Assembly (NCBI GenBank): GCA_934155625.1
Contig: CAKPHD010000003.1
Span: forward strand, 1-62,139
Direction: 5' to 3'
DNA: 62,139 nt
Origin: an uncultured Clostridia bacterium
Lineage (GTDB): Bacteria > Bacillota > Clostridia > TANB77 > CAG-508
Made by a program: the position numbers and the translations under genes. Positions 29,619-37,571 of the stretch are shown one piece after another. The first letter of the stretch is position 1. Every line of letters begins with the position of its first letter. Below the pieces are notes generated by a model. It made no database searches. It had not been told where the DNA came from and saw only the letters and a list, made by a program, of their open reading frames with translations.

Positions 29619-29808
29619 TATAAAATATCTTAAATATAAACTTTAAATGTAGCTACGAATGTGACTGAAAATCATTTAGAAATTCTATGCAATTTTATGG
29701 AAAGAGTTCACGTTAGTGGAAGGGTGCCATAAAATAAATTAGAATTTCTTAATGATTGTAATGAGCCGAGTAGCCAAATGCAAAGTTTATATTTAAGGAT
29801 ACTTTATA
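29619..29808 (-). repeat. long-hairpin structured repeat element, copy 1 (unassigned ncRNA or MITE)
   Basis: About 85-90% identical in its central ~130 nt to 43724-43908. Outer arms TATAAAATAT-CTTAAATATAAACTTT... pair with ...AAAGTTTATATTTAAGGATACTTTATA. Inner helices are 29670-29687/29740-29757 and TTTTATGG/CCATAAAA. The strand call is tentative, based on G-U wobbles and the direction of flanking genes. Confidence 0.8.
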
Positions 29809-29815
29809 CTAATAC

Positions 29816-30262
29816 TTACCCATTATTCTTAGTTTGTCCACCACAACCACAAATATCTTCAACAGTATTGCAGAAATGATCCTCTCCAGTCTCTTCATTA
29901 TAATGAGCCAAATCTCCTAAAGTAAGAATACCAATAACCTTATCATTATCAACAACTGGAATTCTCCTTATTTGATTTTGAGCCATCTTATTTTCAGCTG
30001 TATGAACATCATCATTTCCATTACAAGTACAAACATTACAAGTCATTATTTCACTTGCAGGTGTATTTTTTGCATCTTTATCACAAGCAACTGTACGCAA
30101 TATAATGTCTCTATCTGTAATTAATCCTAAAAGACAATTGTTATTATCACATACAGGCACACAACCAATATGATTTTGTTCCATCAATTTTGCAACATCA
30201 TTGATTTTTGTTTCTGGCTTTACGCAACAAACTTCGCCACACATACAATCTTTAACCTTCAT
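29816..30262 (-). CDS. CBS domain pair protein, unusually Cys-rich
   Basis: 148 aa. Two CBS motifs (VPVCDNNNCLLGLITDRDIILR; IPVVDNDKVIGILTLGDLA). Clustered cysteines: CMCGEVCC, CNVCTC, CGCGG. Confidence 0.75.
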   Translation of the reverse strand: MKVKDCMCGEVCCVKPETKINDVAKLMEQNHIGCVPVCDNNNCLLGLITDRDIILRTVACDKDAKNTPASEIMTCNVCTCNGNDDVHTAENKMAQNQIRRIPVVDNDKVIGILTLGDLAHYNEETGEDHFCNTVEDICGCGGQTKNNG

Positions 30263-30407
30263 AGTAAACTCCTTTTTGTTTTATTGAATTAATATTAATT
30301 CTTTATATATTTTAGTCAAAAATCCAAAAGATTATTCTTGTTTTTGAATAATCTTTCTTTACTTCTCAATTAAAAAATGCTATTATATTTGCAAAGGAGA
30401 GATTTAA

Positions 30408-31292
30408 ATGATAGATTTACATATGCATACAACTTATTCAGATGGCACTGAAAGTTGTACTGCAGTTTTAAAAAAATGCCAAGAAAAAAATTTAAATTAT
30501 ATTTCAATAACTGACCATAACACTGCTTTTGCTTACGACGAATTAAAAAAACTTGATGTTAAGTCACTTTTTAGTGGAAAAATCATTCCAGGAATTGAAC
30601 TTAACACAAAAGCTTTAAATATTCCAATTGAAATTTTAGGATATGGAATTAATTATAAAAAAATGAATGAACTAGTAAAAAAAGTCTATATTCCTGCAAC
30701 TGAAAGAAATAAAATAGAAGTCAAAAGACTATATGACAAATGTATTCAAGCTGGTATCATTCTTGATAAAAATTGTTTAGATAATTATAAGCCTGAAATG
30801 TTTGCTTCTGTTTTCTTCCATAATGAAATTACAAAACATGAAGAAAATAAAAATATATTATCAGAAGAAGCTTGGAACTCTAGCAAAATCTTTTATAGAC
30901 AATATATGTCTGATCCCAAAACACCTTTATATGTTGAAATGGACGACTTTGTACCAGATTTTGAAACTGCAAGCAACTTGGTTCGTCAAGCTGGTGGATT
31001 AGTATTCATTCCTCATATTTTTGAATATAAGAAAAATGCTGAACCAATTTTAAATTATATTTTAGATAATTTTAATATTGATGGAATCGAATGTTATTAT
31101 ACAACATTTACACCTGAACAACATGATAAACTTATAAAACTTTGTAACGAACGTAATTTATTTATTTCTGGTGGTAGTGATTTTCATGGAAAAATTAAAC
31201 CAGATGTTGATATTGGTGTTGGTTATGGCAATATGCAAATACCTGATGATATTATTGATAATTGGAAAAATAATGTCGAATTTTGGCAATAA
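30408..31292 (+). CDS. PHP (polymerase/histidinol phosphatase) domain metal-dependent phosphoesterase
   Basis: 294 aa. MIDLHMHTTYSDGT, ISITDHNT, and GGSDFHG near the C-terminus. Confidence 0.8.
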   Translation: MIDLHMHTTYSDGTESCTAVLKKCQEKNLNYISITDHNTAFAYDELKKLDVKSLFSGKIIPGIELNTKALNIPIEILGYGINYKKMNELVKKVYIPATERNKIEVKRLYDKCIQAGIILDKNCLDNYKPEMFASVFFHNEITKHEENKNILSEEAWNSSKIFYRQYMSDPKTPLYVEMDDFVPDFETASNLVRQAGGLVFIPHIFEYKKNAEPILNYILDNFNIDGIECYYTTFTPEQHDKLIKLCNERNLFISGGSDFHGKIKPDVDIGVGYGNMQIPDDIIDNWKNNVEFWQ

Positions 31293-31399
31293 TGTTTGAC
31301 ATAAATCAACTTATATTATATAATTATTATATAAATATATTCAATGATTCATTCTAGATTTTATAGAATGAAAATATCAACATTGAGGAGGACAACTAT

Positions 31400-32041
31400 A
31401 TGAGAAAAAAGACAGCGTGGATCGTGGTAACTGGATTGGACGGCTCTGGAAAAACTAGTCTTGTTAGTAATTTAACTTCTTGGCTTGTAGAAGAAAAGCA
31501 GTTAAAAGTAAAACGGGATAGGTTTCCACATGACAGATATTTAGTAAAAGATTTACTAAATAAATCCAAAGACAGATATACTGATCGGTTATTATTCGCC
31601 TTAGACAACCGTTTATTTGGAACAGAATTAGCTGAAACTATGGAGTCTGGCGAATATGATGTAATCATCACCCAAAGAGGTTTTCTGGACAGCTTTGTTC
31701 ACGGTGCAGTACAAGGATTTTCATATTCTTGGATTGAAGAATTAAATCAGATTGCTGACTTACCAAAATGCGATATCATGATTCACATGGTATGTGAGGC
31801 AAGAACTGCATACTCAAGAATTTGTGATGATCCTGATGCAGACAAATTTGAATATCCTGCTTATATTGATAAACAGGAACGTGAAACTCGCAAAGCTTAT
31901 GCAGAAGTTATGTCTGGCACAAATCCAGATCTCGAGCATTTTAAGGACTCAAAAAATTTCTATATAGACACCACGCAGATGTCTATTGACGAAGTCTTCA
32001 ACTTAGTCAAAAAGAAACTTGAGGATTCCAAACTCCTCTAA
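31400..32041 (+). CDS. P-loop nucleotide/nucleoside kinase-like protein (thymidylate-kinase superfamily, substrate unknown)
   Basis: 213 aa. Walker A VTGLDGSGKTS and a DR..-type motif region. GAGGAGG RBS. Visibly higher GC (about 38% in the first 120 nt) than the surroundings. Confidence 0.55.
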   Translation: MRKKTAWIVVTGLDGSGKTSLVSNLTSWLVEEKQLKVKRDRFPHDRYLVKDLLNKSKDRYTDRLLFALDNRLFGTELAETMESGEYDVIITQRGFLDSFVHGAVQGFSYSWIEELNQIADLPKCDIMIHMVCEARTAYSRICDDPDADKFEYPAYIDKQERETRKAYAEVMSGTNPDLEHFKDSKNFYIDTTQMSIDEVFNLVKKKLEDSKLL

Positions 32042-32050
32042 GTACAAGTT

Positions 32051-32080
32051 AGAGTAGATATTGTATACAATATCTACTCT
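32051..32080 (+). terminator. perfect 30-nt palindromic hairpin terminator after the kinase-like gene
   Basis: AGAGTAGATATTGTATACAATATCTACTCT followed by TTACTTTT. Confidence 0.65.
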
Positions 32081-32138
32081 TTACTTTTCCCCCTCAACAT
32101 GTTAAAATATTTATATTAATAAATTTAAGGAGGATTTT

Positions 32139-33677
32139 ATGGAATCAAAAGAACTAATCTTAATATTAGACTTTGGAGGCCAATACAATCAATTAATTGC
32201 TCGTAGAGTAAGAGAATGTAATGTATACTCTGAAGTTGTACCATTTAATATTTCAATAGAAAAAATAAAAGAAAAAAATCCAAAAGGAATAATCTTCACA
32301 GGAGGGCCTGCAAGTGTATATGGCGAAGCTTCTCCAAAATGTGCTGACGGAATTTTTGAATTAGGAATCCCTGTACTTGGAATCTGTTATGGAATGCAAT
32401 TAATGGCACACACACTTGGCGGAAAAGTTGCATCTGCAACAACAAGAGAATATGGCGAAACAAATGTGAATATAGATAATACCTCTCCTCTATTCCAAGG
32501 ATTTGAAAACACAAATGTATTTTTAATGAGTCATACAGACTATGTAGAAGAAGTCCCTCAAGGATTCAAAAAAATTGGTTATACACCAGTTTGCCCAAAT
32601 GCAGCAATGGAAAACCAAGAAAAGAATTTATATGGAATTCAATTCCATCCAGAAGTAAATAATTCAATAAATGGAACACAAGTTATCAAAAACTTTTTAT
32701 ATAATGTTTGCCATTGTTCAGGAGATTGGGTTATGTCATCATTTGTGGAAGATTCTATAAAATCTTTAAAAGAAAAAATCGGAGATAAAAAAGCTTTATG
32801 TGCTCTATCTGGTGGTGTTGATTCATCTGTTGCAGCAGTACTTTTAAGTAAAGCTATTGGGAAAAATTTAACATGTATTTTTGTTGACCATGGATTACTT
32901 AGAAAAAACGAAGGTGACGAAGTTGAAAAAATCTTTACAGAAAATTATGATTTAAATTTCATCAGAGTTGATGCAAAAGATAGATTTTTAAACAAACTTG
33001 CTGGAGTTACTGATCCAGAAAGAAAGAGAAAAATTATAGGTGAAGAATTTATCAGAGTTTTCGAAGCTGAAGCAAAGAAAATTGGAACTGTAGATTTCTT
33101 AGTTCAAGGTACTATCTACCCAGACGTTATCGAAAGCGGACTTGGAAAAAGCGCTGTAATCAAGAGCCATCATAATGTTGGTGGACTTCCTGACTATGTT
33201 GATTTTAAAGAAATTGTTGAACCTTTAAGAAATTTATTTAAAGATGAGGTTCGTAAAACTGGTCTAGAACTCGGCATTCCAGAAAATCTAGTCTATAGGC
33301 AACCATTCCCTGGTCCAGGTCTAGCAATTAGAGTTATTGGAGATATTACAGATGATAAGCTTACTATTTTAAAAGATGCAGATGCTATTTTCAGAGAAGA
33401 AATTGCTAATGCAGGATTACACAAAAACATAAATCAATATTTTGCAGTTCTTACTAATTTAAAGTCTGTAGGTGTTATGGGTGATGAAAGAACTTATGAT
33501 TATACAGTTGCTTTAAGAGCTGTTGAAACTACTGACTTTATGACTGGTGTTTGGAGCAGAATTCCATATGAAGTGTTAGAAAAAGTTTCTAGCAGAATTG
33601 TTAATGAGGTTAAACATGTTAACCGTGTAGTTTATGATATTACTTCTAAACCACCAGCAACAATTGAGTGGGAATAA
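32139..33677 (+). CDS. guaA: GMP synthase (glutamine-hydrolysing)
   Basis: 512 aa. GATase-1 ([11 protein letters not shown]) plus the ATP-pyrophosphatase SGGVDSSV loop and a C-terminal dimerisation domain ending ATIEWE. Confidence 0.96.
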   Translation: MESKELILILDFGGQYNQLIARRVRECNVYSEVVPFNISIEKIKEKNPKGIIFTGGPASVYGEASPKCADGIFELGIPVLGICYGMQLMAHTLGGKVASATTREYGETNVNIDNTSPLFQGFENTNVFLMSHTDYVEEVPQGFKKIGYTPVCPNAAMENQEKNLYGIQFHPEVNNSINGTQVIKNFLYNVCHCSGDWVMSSFVEDSIKSLKEKIGDKKALCALSGGVDSSVAAVLLSKAIGKNLTCIFVDHGLLRKNEGDEVEKIFTENYDLNFIRVDAKDRFLNKLAGVTDPERKRKIIGEEFIRVFEAEAKKIGTVDFLVQGTIYPDVIESGLGKSAVIKSHHNVGGLPDYVDFKEIVEPLRNLFKDEVRKTGLELGIPENLVYRQPFPGPGLAIRVIGDITDDKLTILKDADAIFREEIANAGLHKNINQYFAVLTNLKSVGVMGDERTYDYTVALRAVETTDFMTGVWSRIPYEVLEKVSSRIVNEVKHVNRVVYDITSKPPATIEWE

Positions 33678-33680
33678 AAA

Positions 33681-33748
33681 TGCACCGTTGGGACCGGTTC
33701 TCTGACGTACCTTTTTTGGTACCGTTGGGACCGGTTCTTATCGGTGCA
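33681..33748. repeat. REP-like doublet (direct, 36-bp period) after guaA
   Basis: TGCACCGTTGGGACCGGTTCTCTGACGTACC and GGTACCGTTGGGACCGGTTCTTATCGGTGCA. Confidence 0.9.
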
Positions 33749-33768
33749 TTTTTATGTCAACTTTTTTC

Positions 33769-34521
33769 CTAATATGCTAATTCCCCATCCTCTAATGAAG
33801 AAAAATATTTAGGTGACTCATATATATCAATCTCTCTTCCTCTTGGTCTTGGAGGTCTTCCTGGTCCAGGACCCATTGGTGGTCTCATTGGAGGACGTGG
33901 TGGTGGTCTAGGAGGTCTAAATCCAGGGAATCCTGGTCTTCCAAGTAATTCTCTTAATAATAATATACGAATTATATCATTTAATCCTGTATTTCTTTGT
34001 CTGCTATCACAGTTCTGACAATATCTATCTTCTTTATTTTTTTCTGTTTTTCCAGTGTTTGTTGTTGTAGATTTTGCATCTATTTTTGTAGCTTCCGCTT
34101 CTCCTCTATCTTGAACAAGTTCTCTGTCTTCTACCGCAGAATATATTTCATCTGTTAGTCTGTCTACCAATTCTCTTGTAATTTCTCCTCTATTCTCTGC
34201 ACATGCTTTTTGCACCATAGGATATACTATCTGGTATATCTCTGGATAGCATTTCTCCAACTCTTGAATTTGTATATTACTCATTGCTGTCATTGGTCTT
34301 GCAGACATAGATTGCATATTTTGATTTTGCATTGGCATCATACTATTCATCATTTGCATTCCTTGATTTTGCATATGCGCCATTACAGGTACTGCATCAT
34401 AACTTGAATAATTATCATAACTATTATAGTTATATGTATCTTGATAATTATTCGTTGGTTGATAACTTAATACACTTCTCATATAGTCTTCATATAATGA
34501 ATCATTCATTTTTAATTCCAT
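33769..34521 (-). CDS. hypothetical low-complexity protein (N/Q/M/Y-rich N-terminus, Pro/Arg-rich C-terminus); possibly a spore coat-type protein
   Basis: 250 aa. The central motif LEKCYPEIYQIVYPMVQKACAE recurs in clostridial sporulation-associated hypotheticals, as far as I recall. C-terminal RPGFPGFRPPRPPPRPPMRPPMGPGPGRPPRPRG. The start may be the ATG at 34509. Confidence 0.5.
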   Translation of the reverse strand: MELKMNDSLYEDYMRSVLSYQPTNNYQDTYNYNSYDNYSSYDAVPVMAHMQNQGMQMMNSMMPMQNQNMQSMSARPMTAMSNIQIQELEKCYPEIYQIVYPMVQKACAENRGEITRELVDRLTDEIYSAVEDRELVQDRGEAEATKIDAKSTTTNTGKTEKNKEDRYCQNCDSRQRNTGLNDIIRILLLRELLGRPGFPGFRPPRPPPRPPMRPPMGPGPGRPPRPRGREIDIYESPKYFSSLEDGELAY

Positions 34522-34582
34522 TCCTTTCTTTTAAAATTCATAATACATTATATGTTTTAATCTAATTTATGTGCGCAAAAAT

Positions 34583-34648
34583 GCACCGCAAAGAACCGGT
34601 CCCAAACGTACCAAAAATGCACCGCAAAGAACCGGTCCCAAACGTACC
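34583..34648. repeat. REP-like doublet (two identical direct units, 36-bp period, opposite orientation to 33681-33748)
   Basis: GCACCGCAAAGAACCGGTCCCAAACGTACC at 34583-34612 and again at 34619-34648. Confidence 0.9.
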
Positions 34649-34657
34649 AAATGTATA

Positions 34658-36064
34658 TTAAAATTTCATAACCATATCCTTAAATTGATCTCCTCTGTCA
34701 TACATATCTTTAAACATATCAAAACTTGTACTAGCAGGTGAAAATAAAACAATTTGGCCTGGCTTAGCAACTCTTTTAGCTAATTGCATGCTTTGTTCAA
34801 ATGTTTCACACATATGAATATCCATTTTCCTATGTTGGTGTTCTAATTCTTTCTTAACAGCTTCATAAATTTTATTTGCTGTTTGCCCAATTAAGATTAA
34901 GCATTCTACATTATCTACTATTGGTTTGCCAATTGGAGTATAGTCTAAATTCTTGTCAGCCCCGCCAGCGATTAACACAATTTTTCTATCCTTAAATGCA
35001 TTTAATGCTGAAATTCCTCTAGTTGGACTTGTACTTGCAGAGTCATTATACCATTCTACTCCATCAACTGTACGTACATATTCTTGTCTGTGATGTACTC
35101 CCGCAAATTGTTTTATTGTTTCTACTGCATCATCTGTATCTACAAGACCTTTGGTTAATGCTAATACTGTACATGCATTTTGAAAATTATGCATTCCTTT
35201 TAGTTTCATATCTTTAGTATCTAATATATGTCTTCTTATTCCATCATTACATTCTTTAATTATTCCATCTTCATCAACAATAAATCCATTTTCAAGTTTT
35301 TGCTTACTACTAAACATTATTACTTTTCCATTTGCCTCATCTTTGCAAGAATTTGTAATTTCATTGTCCGCATTTAAAACTAATATTCCATTTTCATTTT
35401 GATATTTAAAAATGTTTTTCTTTGCATCTATGTATTCTTGGTAATCTTTATGTACATTTAAATGATTTGGCGTGATATTAGTGATTGCTGCAATATCTGG
35501 ACTAATTTGCATATTCATTAATTGAAAACTGCTTAATTCTAATACAATTATATCTTCTGGATTTATTTCATTTAATTTCGTAAATAATGGTATTCCTATA
35601 TTTCCCCCTACATGAACTGCATATCCTGCTTTTTTTAAAACTTCTGCAGTTAATGTAGTTGTTGTTGTTTTTCCATCACTGCCTGTAATTCCTATAATCT
35701 TGCAAGGTGCTAATTTCATTAATTGTTCAATTTCAGTTGTAACTATGGATCCTCTGTTTGTTTCTTCAACTAATTCTGGCTTAGTCGGTAAACAACTTGG
35801 TGATCTAAATATTAAATCAAATCCTTTTAAATTTTCTAGATTTCCAGCACCTAAATATTGTTTAAATCCATATGATTTAATTTTACTTATAACTTCTTTA
35901 TTTAACTTCTCTTCTTCTCTATCATCAAACACTGATACATCTGCATGCTTATTATAAAGATAGTCTATCAATGGTATATTGCTAACACCAAGCCCTATTA
36001 CTGCTACTTTTTGATTTGGTAACATTTCTTCAAATTTTTCTAATTTTTTATTTTTAAATTCCAA
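34658..36064 (-). CDS. murD: UDP-N-acetylmuramoyl-L-alanine--D-glutamate ligase
   Basis: 468 aa. N-terminal Rossmann VAVIGLGVSN, Mur ligase P-loop GITGSDGKTTTTT and a C-terminal domain. Confidence 0.92.
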   Translation of the reverse strand: MEFKNKKLEKFEEMLPNQKVAVIGLGVSNIPLIDYLYNKHADVSVFDDREEEKLNKEVISKIKSYGFKQYLGAGNLENLKGFDLIFRSPSCLPTKPELVEETNRGSIVTTEIEQLMKLAPCKIIGITGSDGKTTTTTLTAEVLKKAGYAVHVGGNIGIPLFTKLNEINPEDIIVLELSSFQLMNMQISPDIAAITNITPNHLNVHKDYQEYIDAKKNIFKYQNENGILVLNADNEITNSCKDEANGKVIMFSSKQKLENGFIVDEDGIIKECNDGIRRHILDTKDMKLKGMHNFQNACTVLALTKGLVDTDDAVETIKQFAGVHHRQEYVRTVDGVEWYNDSASTSPTRGISALNAFKDRKIVLIAGGADKNLDYTPIGKPIVDNVECLILIGQTANKIYEAVKKELEHQHRKMDIHMCETFEQSMQLAKRVAKPGQIVLFSPASTSFDMFKDMYDRGDQFKDMVMKF

Positions 36065-36734
36065 TTTTAATGTCCTCCTTCATGTTTTCTAATACCAATT
36101 TTTCTGATTCTTTTGCACTTTTGCACTTTGTTACATCTATAACTTTGGTTTGCGGATATATTTTATAATATCCTGATTTTTCTTGAAGTTCATCCCTAAC
36201 TTGTATCATTTCTTTAATTTGCTCTTTTGGTATCTCTTTATTATATTGCATATATTTTCTATTTGTTCTTTCTTCTATTGAAGCATCAATAAAAAAGTGA
36301 TATGTAACATCAGGATACATTTTTATTATATCTCTTGAAGATAAAATCACATTATATTTTTCTCTATATTTATCTATTAACTCTTTTCCAAATTGATATA
36401 ATCTTGTATTATCTGCAGTATTACTAACTTTTGAAACTGCCATAGATGATTTTTTTGATTGCAAATCTTTTTCATCTACTTTTTTTCCATTCATATATAT
36501 TACTGTTTCTTTATTTTCTAATTTGATTTCTATTCCAAGCTTTTTCATAATATCAAATGCATCTAAATTTTGTGTATTTTCTATTTTTGTTTGCATCATT
36601 CCATACACTATTGCTCTATATATCTCTCCTCCATGCAGTATTATTGAATTTTCTATGTCTTTTAATAGTTCTCTGCATATTGATGTTTTTCCAGCTCCAA
36701 CTGTTCCTTCTATTCCTATTACTATATTTTCCAT
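36054..36734 (-). CDS. divergent (d)CMP kinase-like P-loop protein
   Basis: 226 aa from the ATG at 36734 (AGAGGA RBS). IGIEGTVGAGKTS, GGEIYRA, SSRDI....FFIDASIEERTNRKY resemble cytidylate kinase motifs. Overlaps the murD start by 11 nt. Confidence 0.6.
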   Translation of the reverse strand: MENIVIGIEGTVGAGKTSICRELLKDIENSIILHGGEIYRAIVYGMMQTKIENTQNLDAFDIMKKLGIEIKLENKETVIYMNGKKVDEKDLQSKKSSMAVSKVSNTADNTRLYQFGKELIDKYREKYNVILSSRDIIKMYPDVTYHFFIDASIEERTNRKYMQYNKEIPKEQIKEMIQVRDELQEKSGYYKIYPQTKVIDVTKCKSAKESEKLVLENMKEDIKIGI

Positions 36735-36872
36735 TTTATTTTTCCTCTTTATTGACAAATCTTTTGATTTCCTATATAATATGAATAGGAAATAAGTAAC
36801 CACAAACGTGGTTGCCTTGTATATGTAAAAAAACACATCAGTCAGGCAAGTTACAGATGTGTTTTTTATTGT

Positions 36873-36974
36873 CTATTTGCTTAATATTATAATTAAGGCA
36901 AATACTATAATAGTTTCGACAACTAATGCAAATAAAAGTAAGTATATTATTTCTAATAAAACAGCTTCTATCAT
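36873..36974 (-). CDS. 33-aa hydrophobic peptide (small membrane protein; type I toxin-like in format)
   Basis: Not in the ORF track because it is too short. GGAGGTGGTGCT-ATG, then MIEAVLLEIIYLLLFALVVETIIVFALIIILSK*. Followed by the hairpin ACACATC-N14-GATGTGT with T-runs (about 36826-36868). Confidence 0.5.
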   Translation of the reverse strand: MIEAVLLEIIYLLLFALVVETIIVFALIIILSK

Positions 36975-37116
36975 AGCACCACCTCCATTCTCACAACATA
37001 AAGTCATGGATTAAAAGTGGCAACCACATCTGCAATTCTTATTTTCTACTATATTAATATACTATAAATTCGACCAAATAACAAGTAAAATTTTTAAAAA
37101 TATAAATCGTATTTTA

Positions 37117-37264
37117 GAAAATTGATAATATATTGTTTTTGCAATACCGCGTAAGCGACCAAACGAGCTTATGCGAGTGCGATATGGAGCAATCAACATA
37201 CTAGAATTTTTAATATGTGGATTGCGACAGCAAGGTATAAAAAAACAATATATTATCAATTTTC
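37117..37264. repeat. 24-bp perfect inverted repeat enclosing a 100-bp GC-richer core (structured RNA or invertible/cruciform element)
   Basis: GAAAATTGATAATATATTGTTTTT (37117-37140) and AAAAACAATATATTATCAATTTTC (37241-37264). The stem extends by ATACC/GGTAT. Internal candidate helices are GCGTAAGC/GCTTATGC and GCAATC-A-ACATA/TATGT-G-GATTGC. Confidence 0.8.
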
Positions 37265-37374
37265 CAAATAATTTTTTATATGCTATAAATTATATTGTAA
37301 TAATAATTTCACTGTATATTTTTTAACTTTATGGGTAAAATATTTGAGAAAGATTAGAATGGAGGTGTTCTTCT

Positions 37375-37470
37375 ATGTCAGATAAAAAAAGCAAACAAAA
37401 CAAAAATAACAACAGAAACAATGAAAACAATAACAACAACAATAATAGCCAAAATAATAACAACAGATAA
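37375..37470 (+). CDS. 31-aa Asn/Lys-rich peptide (possible small spore protein; very tentative)
   Basis: GGAGGTG RBS 8 nt before the ATG. MSDKKSKQNKNNNRNNENNNNNNNSQNNNNR*. Followed by the hairpin AAAGCAGTT...AACTGCTTT plus a T-run, shared with the convergent clpX. Confidence 0.4.
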   Translation: MSDKKSKQNKNNNRNNENNNNNNNSQNNNNR

Positions 37471-37571
37471 TTGAATTTCTTACGCAATAAATACAAAAAA
37501 TAAAGCAGTTAGCTAGTAGTTTTTAGCAAACTATAGTAAACTGCTTTTATTTTATACAAAATTAAATGATT

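Noticed and set aside
34583-34648. Tandem 36-bp-period repeats (also at 15444-15510 and 33681-33748) that superficially resemble a mini CRISPR array
   Set aside because: Each locus has only two units. The so-called spacers are 5-7 nt A/T runs. No cas genes or leader are present, and the same unit is dispersed as singles and as inverted pairs. These are REP-like elements, not CRISPR.
37062-37259. A 65-aa minus-strand ORF covering the 24-bp-IR element
   Set aside because: It has no RBS, an odd composition, and it spans both arms of a perfect inverted repeat. The region is better explained as non-coding structure.
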